A stretch of 64,000 nucleotides of DNA, taken from an uncultured delta proteobacterium (GTDB lineage Bacteria > Desulfobacterota > Binatia > UBA9968). Shown piece after piece: positions 53,551 through 64,000 of the stretch. The DNA is taken from contig CAVSLC010000019.1 in the NCBI GenBank assembly GCA_963728565.1, positions 160,001 through 224,000 of the forward strand, in the 5' to 3' direction. How positions within the stretch are numbered: the first letter of the stretch is position 1; every line of letters starts with the position of its first letter. Below the pieces are notes generated by a model. The model was not told the DNA's origin. It saw only the letters and a list, made by a program, of their open reading frames with translations, and did no database searches. Both the position numbers and the translations under genes were made by a program.

Positions 53551-54729
53551 GTGGAATTTCAGCGCATCAAGCGGCTGCCGCCGTATGTGTTTAGCATCAT
53601 CGATGGCATGAAGATGCAGGCGCGTCACCGCGGCGAAGACATTGTTGACTTCGGTATGGGTAACCCCGATCTGCCGACGCCGCCCCATGTGGTGGCAAAG
53701 CTTATCGAAGCGGCAAGCAAACCGCAGAACCATCGGTATTCGGTGTCGCGCGGCATCTACAAACTGCGCGTGGCAATCTCAGATTGGTATCAGCGGCGCT
53801 ACCAAGTCGATATTGATCCAGATGCCGAAGCCATCGTCACCATCGGCGCCAAAGAAGGATTGTCTCATCTAGCTTGGGCCACCATCGATCCCGGCGACGT
53901 GGTGTTGTGCCCCAGCCCGACTTATCCGATTCACCAGTACGCGGTGGTTCTGGCCGGAGGGGATCTTCGTTGCATTCCGCTGATTACCAGTGAAGACTTT
54001 TTCGGCCATCTCGAAGAAGCCATCAAGCAGACCTGGCCCAAGCCGAAAATGTTGATCATCAGTTTCCCCCATAATCCGACCACTGAAGTCGTCGAGCTGG
54101 GCTTTTTTGAGCGCATCGTCCAGTTTGCCAAAGAGTACGACCTAATCGTTGTACACGATTTGGCGTACGCCGATCTCACATTTGACGGCTATCGGGCGCC
54201 GAGTTTTCTGCAGGTACCCGGAGCGAAGGAGGTTGGGGTAGAGTTCTTCTCGCTTTCCAAAAGCTACAACATGCCAGGTTGGCGCGTCGGCTTCGCCGTC
54301 GGCAACAAAGATGTCATTCATGCGCTGGCACGGATCAAAAGCTATCTCGACTACGGGATCTTCCAGCCGGTGCAAATCGCGGCCATACAGGCGTTAAACG
54401 GACCGCAGGATTGTGTCGAGGAAATACGCTTAATGTATCAAAGACGGCGTGACTGCTTGATCGATGGTCTGGTCCGCGCCGGTTGGCCGATCAGAAAACC
54501 GAAGGGCACGATGTTCGTGTGGGCCGAAATTCCCCAAGCCGCGAAAAAAATGGGTTCCATCGAATTTGCCAAATTTATCCTGCAAGAAGCCAAAGTGGCG
54601 GTATCCCCCGGCATCGGATTCGGACAGTATGGCGACGATCACGTCCGGTTCGCCTTGATCGAGAACGAGCATCGAACTAAGCAGGCGGTTCGCAACATCA
54701 AGCGCGCTCTCGGCAGGTTGCTGGATTAG
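53551..54729 (+). CDS. alaC: Class I/II PLP aminotransferase (AlaC/YfdZ-like)
   Basis: [41 protein letters not shown]. Confidence 0.85.
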   Translation: MEFQRIKRLPPYVFSIIDGMKMQARHRGEDIVDFGMGNPDLPTPPHVVAKLIEAASKPQNHRYSVSRGIYKLRVAISDWYQRRYQVDIDPDAEAIVTIGAKEGLSHLAWATIDPGDVVLCPSPTYPIHQYAVVLAGGDLRCIPLITSEDFFGHLEEAIKQTWPKPKMLIISFPHNPTTEVVELGFFERIVQFAKEYDLIVVHDLAYADLTFDGYRAPSFLQVPGAKEVGVEFFSLSKSYNMPGWRVGFAVGNKDVIHALARIKSYLDYGIFQPVQIAAIQALNGPQDCVEEIRLMYQRRRDCLIDGLVRAGWPIRKPKGTMFVWAEIPQAAKKMGSIEFAKFILQEAKVAVSPGIGFGQYGDDHVRFALIENEHRTKQAVRNIKRALGRLLD

Positions 54730-54779
54730 CGCGCCGCTAAAACGGCTCAGGCGGAACTCCAAATAGCTTTCATACTTCG

Positions 54780-56168
54780 ATGACTGCACGGCGTAAAATA
54801 GGCGTCGGTTTGTTGGGTGCCGGTGTCGTCGGCGAAGCCATTCAGGACGCTCTTCTCGGCGGATCCCAGGGTAGAGTCGGCGATGATTTGGAACTCGAAG
54901 TCCGCAAGATCTACACTCGCAATCCCAACAGCAAAAAGTGGTTCAAGCTTCGTCCCGAGCTCTTCAGCTCGCAAGCAATCGAGGTGATTGACGATCCTAC
55001 AGTGGAAATCGTCATAGAAACGCTGGGATTTCAGGAGCCCGGTGATCTCGCGATTTTCCGTGATTACATCCTGCGAGCTTTCGAAAAGGGCAAATCGGTG
55101 GTGACCTCCGATAAGGCGGTACTGGCGCGCTATGGCGCGGAAATCTGGGCAGCGGCGCAGCGGAGCGGACGGCACTTGCGTTTCGAGGCCTGCGTTGGCG
55201 GGGGCATTCCGGTCATTCGATCGCTCACTGAAAGCTTCGCCATCGAAGAACCCGAAGCGGTCTTTGGCATTGTCAACGGCACCTGCAATTACATCCTGTC
55301 GCAAATGGAGAAGACCGCCAAACCCTATGCCGAAGCGCTCAAGGAGGCGCAGCAGAAAGGCTATGCTGAAACCAATCCGACGGCGGACGTAAGCGGCAGC
55401 GACGCCGAAGCCAAGTTAATGTTATTGAGCGCAGTGGTCTTCGGACTTCAACTGCAGCCGGGTACCACGTGGCGCAAGGGTATAGAAGATATTCATGCGG
55501 TCGATTTTCGCTACGCCGGACGTACCGGGTCGAGCACGATCAAACATCTGGCAGTGGCAAAGCGAATCGGCTCGTCGGTTCAGGTGTTTGTCTCCCCGGT
55601 TTTGATGCCGCACGGCAATCTCCTCGCCGATATCGATGGCGCAACTAACGCAATCTGCTTTAGTGGCAAAAAAAGCGGCGGCATACGTCGGGATCGCGAT
55701 TGCGACTATGTGCTGGTCGGTCCGGGCGCAGGCGGTGGTCCGACGGCTGTCGCCGTACTTGGCGACGTCTGTGAACTGGCGCGAGCCCAACCGGCGTGGT
55801 TTACCGGCTTGCCGAGCCTGGTGCAGTCGGGAAGACTTGCGCTGCAGCCGCAAGACGATATCGATGGCTCTTTCTATGTTCGTTTTATCGTCAAGGATCG
55901 CCCTGGCATCGTTGGCGACATCGGTCAAACGTTTGGCGCTCTCGGAGTAAATATCGCAGAGATCTGGCAGCTCAGACACAGCGATGACGAGCGGCAAGGC
56001 TTGGCCCGCAGTTATAATCTAAAAGAAAACTTCAAGGAACTTTTGCCTTTCGTGATAACTCTCGAGCGAGCGACCTTGCGTCAAGTCCGTGCCGCTCTGG
56101 ATTCGGTGCGCGCTCGAGATTATATCGTAGTTGATCCTGTTTGGTTTCCGATCTGGGCCGCGAGGTGA
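54780..56168 (+). CDS. hom: Homoserine dehydrogenase with C-terminal ACT domain
   Basis: GAGVVG, FEACVGGGIP, NGTCNYIL, GYAETNP, GPGAGGGPTA, DRPGIVG. Confidence 0.93.
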   Translation: MTARRKIGVGLLGAGVVGEAIQDALLGGSQGRVGDDLELEVRKIYTRNPNSKKWFKLRPELFSSQAIEVIDDPTVEIVIETLGFQEPGDLAIFRDYILRAFEKGKSVVTSDKAVLARYGAEIWAAAQRSGRHLRFEACVGGGIPVIRSLTESFAIEEPEAVFGIVNGTCNYILSQMEKTAKPYAEALKEAQQKGYAETNPTADVSGSDAEAKLMLLSAVVFGLQLQPGTTWRKGIEDIHAVDFRYAGRTGSSTIKHLAVAKRIGSSVQVFVSPVLMPHGNLLADIDGATNAICFSGKKSGGIRRDRDCDYVLVGPGAGGGPTAVAVLGDVCELARAQPAWFTGLPSLVQSGRLALQPQDDIDGSFYVRFIVKDRPGIVGDIGQTFGALGVNIAEIWQLRHSDDERQGLARSYNLKENFKELLPFVITLERATLRQVRAALDSVRARDYIVVDPVWFPIWAAR

Positions 56169-56252
56169 GATTGTCCAGGTTGTGCCGAGGTGAAGAAATT
56201 AAACATCCGCAGTAAGTTGCGGGGAATCAAACGCAGCGATGAGAGTTTTCTT

Positions 56253-56328
56253 CGTCACCGCCCAATGTTTCAATCGGGGCCCAGTCAGAGTTTGCCTGGA
56301 TTCCCGCTAAAAGCATGCGGGAATGACG
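56253..56328. repeat. REP-like doublet, copy 2 (inverted relative to copy 1)
   Basis: tggattcccgctaaaagcatgcgggaatgacg is nearly the reverse complement of 7410-7440; partner arm cgtcaccgcc...ggcccagt. Confidence 0.75.
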
Positions 56329-56388
56329 GCGTAAGGATTCACTCTTGCGCGAGAATTAACGGCAGCGCTCAAAGCGGAATCAGCACAA

Positions 56389-57609
56389 ATGAAATTCATC
56401 ATTCTTCAGGGTGACGGCATGGCGGACTATCCGCTCGACGTTCTTGGCGGCAAGACTCCTCTCGAAGCTGCCAGGACGCCGAACATGGATTGGCTCGCGG
56501 CGCGCGGCGTGTTTGGCTTGGCTCACGTGATTCCGAAAGGCTTCCCGCCCGGCAGCGACGTCGGCAATATGAGTATCATGGGCTACGATCCCGCGCTGTA
56601 TCACACCGGGCGTTCGCCTTTGGAAGCTGCCAGCATGGGAGTTGCGCTTGGACCCAGGGATATCGCGTTCCGCTGTAATCTGGTTACTTTGACCGGCTCC
56701 GGCAGTGATATCGTGATGCAGGACTTTACCGCCGGTCATATCACCACTGAAGAAGCTCGAACGATTATAGCCGACCTGGCAGGCGCGCTCGGTGGTGATG
56801 GTATCGAGTTCTTTGCCGGCGTCAGCTACCGGCACCTGATGGTTTGGCGCGACGGCAAGGAAAAGATGCGAACAACCCCGCCGCACGATATCACCGATCA
56901 AAAAATTTGCGGCTTCATGCCCGCCGGCGATGGCGCTGATCGATTGCTCAAGCTCATGGAAGCTTCGCAGGCGGTTCTCGCCGATCACCCAGTCAATCAA
57001 ACGCGCCAGACTCAAGGTCAACGAAGCGCCACCAGCATTTGGTTGTGGGGGCAGGGCCGGGCGCCGGCGCTGCCCCCTTTGACGAAGCGCTTCGGCATCA
57101 AAGGCGGCGTTATCTCCGCGGTAGACATTATTCACGGTCTTGGCGTTTACGCCGGCCTCCAACGGATCGATGTGCCGGGCATCACCGGGTTTTTGGATAC
57201 TAATTATCGTGGCAAAGGTGAGTACGGCGTCAAATCGCTCGAGAACAACGATTTCGTTTTTATCCACGTCGAAGCCACCGACGAGGCCGGCCATATGGGT
57301 GATGTCGAGAAAAAAATCCAGGCGCTCGAGGATTTCGATGAAAAGGTTGTCGGCACCGTGCTCAAAGGAATGGCCCACAGAAAGGATTGGCGTGTTCTAT
57401 TGATGCCCGACCATCCAACTGCGATCGCGCTCAAGACCCACGTTTCTGATCCAGTGCCCTTCGTGCTTTATTCTCCGCAAGAGCCTCGCAATAACGGCGC
57501 TGTCGGGTACAATGAGAGGGACGCTGCGAAAACCGGCGTGGTCGCCAAGCAAGCCTTCAAGCTCATGGAGGCGTTAATCGAGGGGAGGCAAACGTGGACC
57601 GAAATTTAG
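56389..57609 (+). CDS. apgM: Cofactor-independent phosphoglycerate mutase family (ApgM / proposed homoserine kinase subfamily)
   Basis: GDGMAD, KTPLEAA, PGSDVG, GRSPLEA, HVEATDEAGH, PDHPT. Confidence 0.9.
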   Translation: MKFIILQGDGMADYPLDVLGGKTPLEAARTPNMDWLAARGVFGLAHVIPKGFPPGSDVGNMSIMGYDPALYHTGRSPLEAASMGVALGPRDIAFRCNLVTLTGSGSDIVMQDFTAGHITTEEARTIIADLAGALGGDGIEFFAGVSYRHLMVWRDGKEKMRTTPPHDITDQKICGFMPAGDGADRLLKLMEASQAVLADHPVNQTRQTQGQRSATSIWLWGQGRAPALPPLTKRFGIKGGVISAVDIIHGLGVYAGLQRIDVPGITGFLDTNYRGKGEYGVKSLENNDFVFIHVEATDEAGHMGDVEKKIQALEDFDEKVVGTVLKGMAHRKDWRVLLMPDHPTAIALKTHVSDPVPFVLYSPQEPRNNGAVGYNERDAAKTGVVAKQAFKLMEALIEGRQTWTEI

Positions 57610-58544
57610 CTTTGGAAGCGATCCGAGTTACCGAAGCGGCCGCCTTGAGTTGTGCTCGTTTAACCGGACGTGGAGATGAAAAAGCCGCAGATCAGGCGGC
57701 GGTGGACGCGATGCGCAGGGCGTTTGATGCGCTGCCTATCGATGGCACGGTGGTCATCGGCGAAGGTGAACGCGACGAAGCACCGATGCTCTATATCGGC
57801 GAGAAGGTCGGTTCCGGTGGTCCGAAAGTCGACATCGCCCTGGACCCGCTGGAAGGCACGACGATTTGCGCCACCGGGGCGCCCAATGCTTTGGCGGTTA
57901 TCGCCATGGCCGACGGCGGCAACCTGCTGCACTGCCCGGACACCTACATGGAGAAGATTGCCGTCGGACCAGTCGGTAAAGGTGTCGTCGATTTGAACAA
58001 AACGCCGACTCAGAATCTTCAGGCTCTGGCGGAGGCTAAACGCTGCAACATCGAGGACCTCACGGTTATCATTTTATCCCGCCCCAGACATGAAGCGATC
58101 ATCAAAGAAGTGCGCCAGGCGGGAGCGCGGATTCGCCTCATCGGTGATGGCGATGTCTCTGCAGCGATTGCGACGACCAAGCCGGAGACCGGCATCGATC
58201 TCTTGCTTGGCATTGGCGGCGCGCCGGAAGGCGTGCTCGCCGCGGCGGCGTTGCGCTGTGTCGGCGGCGAATTCCAAGGTCGCCTGGCGCCGCGCAACAA
58301 TGAAGAAATCGAGCGCGCAAAAAAAATGGGCGTTGGCGACATCAAGAAGAAGTTTTCGATCGAGGAATTGGCCGCGGGCGACGTGATGTTCGCGGCCACC
58401 GGGGTCACCGATGGCGATTATCTCGATGGCGTCCATTTCTTCCCCGGCGGCGCGACGACGCAATCGGTGGTGATGCGTTCGAAGACTCGCACGATTCGCA
58501 TTATCAACGCCACCCACTATTTCGATCATAAGCCGAATTACTAA
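57594..58544 (+). CDS. glpX: Class II fructose-1,6-bisphosphatase
   Basis: RVTEAAA, IGEGERDEAPML, DPLEGT, DGDV, GGAPEGV. Confidence 0.96.
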   Translation: MDRNLALEAIRVTEAAALSCARLTGRGDEKAADQAAVDAMRRAFDALPIDGTVVIGEGERDEAPMLYIGEKVGSGGPKVDIALDPLEGTTICATGAPNALAVIAMADGGNLLHCPDTYMEKIAVGPVGKGVVDLNKTPTQNLQALAEAKRCNIEDLTVIILSRPRHEAIIKEVRQAGARIRLIGDGDVSAAIATTKPETGIDLLLGIGGAPEGVLAAAALRCVGGEFQGRLAPRNNEEIERAKKMGVGDIKKKFSIEELAAGDVMFAATGVTDGDYLDGVHFFPGGATTQSVVMRSKTRTIRIINATHYFDHKPNY

Positions 58545-58688
58545 AATCCCGCGCAGAAGAACAATTGGCCTCGTTGGCGCAATCGCCTCGGTTCGACGTA
58601 CTGAGCAGTACGCTCTCGCTCCTCGATATTTTCGAAATATCTGAGCACCCTGCAGAGTCAGTGAAGTGATCGGTGATCGATTTCTACT

Positions 58689-58985
58689 GTGGCAAAACGG
58701 AAAACAAGGAAAATAAGAAAGAGAAGCGCGGTTAAAACCCTTCTCCTTTTCGTGCTTGGGCCCCTGATTATCTGGGCGCTAGCTTTCCTTGGTTGGCTAT
58801 ATTGGAACGAGATTGCAAAGGGTTTGGCACCGGGAGAAGATCATCCTGCGCCTGCCGCCAAGACCGTGCGCAGCTTAGACAAAGATGAAAGCCGTGGTCG
58901 CTCGAATGATACGCGCGCAAAGGAAAAGATTTCGGACGCGGACCGGAAGAAGTTGGACGAGATTATTCGAAAAGAAAATCGCTGA
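58689..58985 (+). CDS. Hypothetical single-pass membrane protein
   Basis: Basic N-terminus, one TM segment, C-terminal EKISDADRKKLDEII. Confidence 0.65.
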   Translation: MAKRKTRKIRKRSAVKTLLLFVLGPLIIWALAFLGWLYWNEIAKGLAPGEDHPAPAAKTVRSLDKDESRGRSNDTRAKEKISDADRKKLDEIIRKENR

Positions 58986-59206
58986 GGCATACGCGGTCTT
59001 CTAGGCAGCGATCGCGCTTACGATCGCGGTTTGCCTGGCCGAATCGTTTGAGCGCCATTGGTCGCATGACCCGATCGCGCAGGATCAGCAAGATCCCTAA
59101 CGTTCAAAGCTGGGGTCTCAGACATTCATTGCTCTTTCCAAACTTTGCAATCGAGTTGACGGTGGCCTATTGCCGTAGATGAGGCCCAGGGCCGGACAGG
59201 TATCGA

Positions 59207-60949
59207 GTGAAGATTCAAGTTCTTTCGAAAGAAATGGCGAGCCGTATCGCGGCGGGAGAAGTGGTCGAGCGGCCGGCGTCGGTCGTTAAAGAGCTGCTGG
59301 AGAATTCCATCGACGCACGAGCCACCGAGATTACCGTCTCGATCGAGAAGAGCGGAACCTCCTTGATCCGGGTAACCGATGATGGCGAGGGCATCGCGCC
59401 CGAAGATCTGCCGCTTGCGCTTGAGCGCCATGCAACCAGCAAACTACGCAACGACGAGGATCTTTTTCGGATTTCGACATTGGGTTTTCGCGGCGAGGCG
59501 TTGCCGAGCATCGCTTCGGTATCTCGGTTTGAGATCACCTCCAGACCGGCGGGTTATGATTCCGCCTGCCGATTGCGCGTCGACGGCGAAAGCAAGATCT
59601 CGGCCCAGATGGCTGCCGCTGCAACGGGTACTAGGATCGAGCTGAAAGACCTGTTTTACAATGTTCCGGCCCGGCGAAAGTTTTTGAAATCTCTTCCTAC
59701 AGAGTTTAGCCACATTTGCGATATCGTTAACCGGCTGGCGCTCGCCTACCCCGACATTCATTTCCGTCTCGAACATAACGGAAAGACTCTAATCGATTTT
59801 GTCGCAGTGCGTGAGTTGCGCGAACGCTTGTACCAAGTGTTCGGAAGGGAAGTCGTCGACTCCTTACGCCCATTCGAGTACAGGCAGGGCGTCCTCTCTG
59901 TCAGCGGTTACCTGAGCTCGGCTCCAACGGCGTTTCCGAACTCGCGTCATCTGATGACGTTTGTGAATCACCGTTATGTTCGCGATAAGATCCTCACGCA
60001 CGCGGTTCTGCACGGCTACGAGACTCTCTTGATGAAGGGCCAATACCCCGCGGTGGTGCTGCTGTTGGATATTCCCTTTGACGAAGTGGACGTCAACGTG
60101 CACCCGGCCAAGTACGAAGTGAGATTTCGCCGTCAGTCCGACGTGCATGAAGCCGTTGCCCGCGCGATACGGGAGGCTCTCAGAGCGGAGGCTCAACAGC
60201 CATCCGGGCGCAGCTTTGCGCCGTGGCCGCAATATTCTCCTGCGGATATGGAAGCCGTGTTGCCGTACGCGAGTTCCGTTTCTACTTTCGCGGAATCGTT
60301 TGTTTCAGAATCGAGCCGGGACATTTTTGTTCTTCCAAACCAGTCAAGTCAAATGCGCCCAGGATTTTTTTCGTCGCTCAATGTCCTCGGCCAAATTCTC
60401 GGCTGTTATTTGGTTTGTTCATCTGATCAGGGTTTGGCGCTGATCGACCAGCACGCCGCGCACGAAAGGGTCGCCTTCGAACGGCTACGAAAGCAGATGC
60501 GCGCCAATGCAGTGGAACGACAAACACTGTTGCTTCATCAGACGGTCGAGTTATCGGCCGGTGAAATGATTCTGCTAGAAAAACAGCTCGATGTCTTGGA
60601 GCGCTATGGCTTTACGCTCGAGCCCTTTGGGCCCAACTCGTATGCGATCATCGCGGTTCCGGCTCTATTGGCGGAAGGGGACTACCGGCCGGTGGTGCTC
60701 CAGATGGTGGCGGAATTGGCAGAGATAGACAAATCCGAGAAGCTGGGGCAGCACTTGGAGGAGCGCTTGGCAACTATCGCCTGCCACAGCGTTATTCGGG
60801 CCAATCGCCAATTGGAAATTCACGAGATGCGCGCGCTGTTGCGGGATCTCGACGACACCGACTTCGCGACCCAATGCCCGCACGGCCGGCCGGTCCTGCT
60901 CGAGTTCAGCCGTGAAGAGCTGGAGCGAATGTTTAAACGGGTTTTATAG
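59207..60949 (+). CDS. mutL: DNA mismatch repair protein MutL
   Basis: IAAGEVVERP, GFRGEAL, DVNVHPAK, endonuclease DQHAAHER, ACH, CPHGRP. Confidence 0.97.
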   Translation: MKIQVLSKEMASRIAAGEVVERPASVVKELLENSIDARATEITVSIEKSGTSLIRVTDDGEGIAPEDLPLALERHATSKLRNDEDLFRISTLGFRGEALPSIASVSRFEITSRPAGYDSACRLRVDGESKISAQMAAAATGTRIELKDLFYNVPARRKFLKSLPTEFSHICDIVNRLALAYPDIHFRLEHNGKTLIDFVAVRELRERLYQVFGREVVDSLRPFEYRQGVLSVSGYLSSAPTAFPNSRHLMTFVNHRYVRDKILTHAVLHGYETLLMKGQYPAVVLLLDIPFDEVDVNVHPAKYEVRFRRQSDVHEAVARAIREALRAEAQQPSGRSFAPWPQYSPADMEAVLPYASSVSTFAESFVSESSRDIFVLPNQSSQMRPGFFSSLNVLGQILGCYLVCSSDQGLALIDQHAAHERVAFERLRKQMRANAVERQTLLLHQTVELSAGEMILLEKQLDVLERYGFTLEPFGPNSYAIIAVPALLAEGDYRPVVLQMVAELAEIDKSEKLGQHLEERLATIACHSVIRANRQLEIHEMRALLRDLDDTDFATQCPHGRPVLLEFSREELERMFKRVL

Positions 60950-61001
60950 CTGGCCGCGCGATTCTTTGGTCTGCCGTCGCCGCAATCGTTACTTGGCTGC
61001 A

Positions 61002-61919
61002 GTGAAACCCAAACTCGTCATTGTTCTTGGTCCCACAGCCGTCGGCAAAAGCGATACAGTGTTGGATCTGGCATTGCAATTTGGCGCGGAGATTATCAGC
61101 GCTGATTCGCAGCAGGTCTACCGCCACATGGACATCGGCACGGCAAAGCCATCCAGCGAGCAAAGAGAAAAGGTTGCCCACCATCTAATCGATATCGTCG
61201 ATCCCGACGAGGAGTTCAACGCTGCCATGTTTCGCAATCGAGCCTCTGAGGTCGCATACCAGCTGGCCAATCGCGACAAGAGGATCATTGTTTGCGGCGG
61301 CACCGGACTCTACATCAAAGCTCTTACCAAAGGATTATTCGAGGGACCCGGAAGGGATCCGCAGATCAGACAAGCGCTTGAACGGGAGATTGAGAAGCAT
61401 GGAACCGGAGCGCTTTATCATCGGCTCGAGCAGGTCGATCCAGAGTCGGCTAGGCGAATTCACCCCAATGACCGGCAGCGAATCACCCGGGCGCTGGAAG
61501 TTTACGATGCGACCGGGCGAAAAATCACTGAGTGGCAGAGCGAGCATAGGTTTAATGATTTGCTGTTCGACGTGCTTAAAATCGGTTTGGATCGGCAGCG
61601 TAGTGAACTCTATGGTCGGATCGACCGGCGCTGCGAGCTCATGATCACAGCCGGTCTGCTCGATGAAGTCAAGAATCTCGTTGCCATGGGCTATGGCTTG
61701 GATTTGAAACCCATGCAAAGTGTCGGTTATCGCCACCTTGGGCTGTTTCTCCGGGATCGCATGTCTCTAGACAACGCGGTGCATCTGATGAAGCGAGACA
61801 CGCGGCGGTTAGCCAAGCGGCAGCTCACCTGGTTTCATAGCGACCGCGAAATACGCTGGTTTGATCCGGAGGGTCAGCTCGGTGCCATTGAAGACGCGAT
61901 GAGGAGTTTTTTTGACTGA
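61002..61919 (+). CDS. miaA: tRNA dimethylallyltransferase
   Basis: GPTAVGKS, SADSQQVY, DIGTAKP, GGTGLY, AKRQLTWF. Confidence 0.96.
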   Translation: MKPKLVIVLGPTAVGKSDTVLDLALQFGAEIISADSQQVYRHMDIGTAKPSSEQREKVAHHLIDIVDPDEEFNAAMFRNRASEVAYQLANRDKRIIVCGGTGLYIKALTKGLFEGPGRDPQIRQALEREIEKHGTGALYHRLEQVDPESARRIHPNDRQRITRALEVYDATGRKITEWQSEHRFNDLLFDVLKIGLDRQRSELYGRIDRRCELMITAGLLDEVKNLVAMGYGLDLKPMQSVGYRHLGLFLRDRMSLDNAVHLMKRDTRRLAKRQLTWFHSDREIRWFDPEGQLGAIEDAMRSFFD

Positions 61920-61963
61920 TCTTTTTACTCAGTCGAGAACATTTTCAGTTTGGAGGAGGGATT

Positions 61964-63382
61964 GTGAGAATATCCGGATGCCGCACCCTGTTGCTGATGT
62001 TTCGAATGACTCTGCTGGTTGTGTTTTTGAGCGGCGACGGCTTGACAGCAGAAAAATCTTTGCCCGCCAATGCGTTTGAACAGGAAGCGGTGTCGCTACT
62101 GAGCCGCTATATCCAAATAGACACCACCAATCCACCGGGAAACGAGACCAAGGCCGCGCGATTTTTTAAAGAGATCTTCGACAGGGAAGGGATCGAAGCG
62201 CGGATCATCGAGTCTGCTCCCGGACGCGGCAACATTTACGCCAGACTGCGGGGCAGCGGCGCGAAGAAAGCCGTAATTCTGCTGAATCACATGGATGTGG
62301 TACCGGCGGATGCCAATCTGTGGAAAGAAGCGCCGTTCAGCGGTTCCGTCAAGGACGGATATATTTGGGGCCGCGGCGCTCTCGATATGAAGGGCCCCGC
62401 TATCGCCGAGCTGATGACGCTCTTGGCGTTCAAGCGCAACAATGTAGCCCTGCGAGGGGACCTGATTTTTCTCGGCACTGCAGATGAAGAGGCGGGCGGC
62501 GCGCTAGGAGCCGGGTTTTTACTCGAAAAACATCCGGACTTGTTTGCAAATGTCGGCGTGGTTTTAAACGAAGGTGGCGGAGTACGCTTGGGCAAAGATG
62601 GCAAGGTGCAGAGTTACAGCGTCAGCATCGCGGAAAAGACCCCGCTCTGGTTGCGGCTGATTGCGAACGGCGCACCGGGCCATGGCTCGACGCCAGGAAG
62701 AGACGCCGCGGTCGATAAGTTGGTGCTTGCCCTGGGACGGCTTCTGGCTCATCAAACGCCGATTAAAGTTGTCCCGGAGGTGCAGAAGTTCTTCGCCGAC
62801 ACCGCTGCTGGAGAACCCGAGAGCCGCCGCCAGCAATACCAAGACCTGCGAACCGCGCTCAAAGATCCGGCCTTTGCCGCGGATTTCACCACTAACCCGC
62901 GTAACAATGCGAACGTGAGAAACACGATTGCGGTTACGGGCCTGAGGGCATCGGACAAGGTCAATGTTATTCCGGCGCAGGCCTCCGCCGATATCGATGC
63001 TCGACTGCTGCCGGGCGAAAATCCTCAATCGTTTATCGCCGAAGTGCGGCGGGTAATCGGCGATGAGAGTATAAAGATCGAAGTGCTTTTATCTTTCCCC
63101 GCGGCCGCCTCCCCGGCCGATCCGGAAGCGATGAGGGCAATACAGGCATTGGCAAAAGCGCGCGATAACGATGCTCCCGTGGTGGCGCCGCTGGTGCGCG
63201 GCTTTACCGACTGCCACTTCTTTCGCGCTAAAGGGATTTCCTGTTTGGGCTTTATGCCGCTCCGCAATATCCCTTCAGAAGAAGGCCTGGTGCATGGCGT
63301 CAACGAAAGAATCTCTCTGGATAGCCTGCGCTCAGGCATGCAATCGCTGTACGAACTGGTGCACAAGCTCACCGCCGAGTAG
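61964..63382 (+). CDS. M20/M25/M40 family metallopeptidase, probably exported
   Basis: DTTNPPGNE, HMDVV, GRGALDMKG, ADEE, NEGG, HGS, HGVNER. Confidence 0.9.
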   Translation: MRISGCRTLLLMFRMTLLVVFLSGDGLTAEKSLPANAFEQEAVSLLSRYIQIDTTNPPGNETKAARFFKEIFDREGIEARIIESAPGRGNIYARLRGSGAKKAVILLNHMDVVPADANLWKEAPFSGSVKDGYIWGRGALDMKGPAIAELMTLLAFKRNNVALRGDLIFLGTADEEAGGALGAGFLLEKHPDLFANVGVVLNEGGGVRLGKDGKVQSYSVSIAEKTPLWLRLIANGAPGHGSTPGRDAAVDKLVLALGRLLAHQTPIKVVPEVQKFFADTAAGEPESRRQQYQDLRTALKDPAFAADFTTNPRNNANVRNTIAVTGLRASDKVNVIPAQASADIDARLLPGENPQSFIAEVRRVIGDESIKIEVLLSFPAAASPADPEAMRAIQALAKARDNDAPVVAPLVRGFTDCHFFRAKGISCLGFMPLRNIPSEEGLVHGVNERISLDSLRSGMQSLYELVHKLTAE

Positions 63383-63809
63383 GCCGCTCAAACCCACGGG
63401 GAGTTGGGTTCAATGTGCCGAGGATCTCATGCGCGACAGGCTGCAAGACTAAAAGCTATCTCATTTTGGAACGTCCGTCAGGATTCCAAGTAAATTATAG
63501 CCACCCGAGGACACATTTTTAAATTTCCGGCGACCAGCCGACGTGGAGCGTCAATGTCGCAGTTGCCCCAGCGCCTGGCGAAAACCTTTTCAGGATTGTG
63601 GCATGAGCGGCCGGATATTTGTGCCGGAATTCTTCCAGCAGCGGACTTTAAGCATTCCGGTGGCATTCGCAAGGGTTCGATGATGTAGCGATAAACAAAG
63701 AACTGACGAGTCAGAGATTCATAAGCTATAATGCTTCTGGATCAGTATCGACCAAGTTAGCAGTCCGACTATGACGACGATGCAATGTTCGTAACAAGGA
63801 CCCTCGCCA

Positions 63810-64000
63810 ATGACCCTCCCGCTCGGTTTAATCTTCATGTTTCTATTGACGCTTTCTTTAATTGCGCGGCCCGAGGCGTGGGCCGCCTCCAGGTTGCAAA
63901 CGTCCCCGGAACCGACAGTAGTTGAGATTTTTATAGCGCCCGACGAGTCATCCCTCGTGATCGAGTCGCTTGGAGATGGACAGTCGTTGTCGCCGATGGC
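63810..64000 (+). CDS. 5' fragment of a probable exported protein, running off the window
   Basis: AAGGA RBS, MTLPLGLIFMFLLTLSLIARPEAWA signal-like sequence, open to window end. Confidence 0.5.
   Translation, partial: MTLPLGLIFMFLLTLSLIARPEAWAASRLQTSPEPTVVEIFIAPDESSLVIESLGDGQSLSPM

Noticed and set aside
1-64000. CRISPR array, tRNA, rRNA, integrase or transposase
   Set aside because: No regularly spaced repeat-spacer series, RNA gene signature or recombinase motif was recognised by eye

Overview
Bacterial chromosomal window, moderately GC-rich. The gene content (many orphan NMT1/SsuA-type binding proteins, amidohydrolases, UbiD, orphan Mo-hydroxylase large subunits) suggests a Candidatus Binatia/deltaproteobacterial-like genome; this is inference. 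Left part (1-43.8 kb): a small islet (cupin plus vapBC) bounded by a decayed copy of the 3' end of the adjacent histidine-phosphatase gene, rhodanese-MoeB, an opp operon interrupted by a three-gene biotin carboxylase, two catabolic clusters, an AddAB-type helicase-nuclease, and several unannotated small proteins. Right part (43.8-64 kb): PyrR attenuator, pyrR, pyrB fusion, carAB, recG, alaC, hom, apgM, glpX, mutL, miaA and an M20 peptidase. The most striking feature is a 640-aa PyrB + PyrI zinc domain + PyrR-fold fusion next to a stand-alone PyrR; the two PyrR domains have lost complementary motifs. Many genes before about 38 kb carry single-base frameshifts, probably sequencing errors. No rRNA, tRNA, CRISPR array, integrase or transposase was recognised. 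All calls come from motif recognition by eye; no searches were run.
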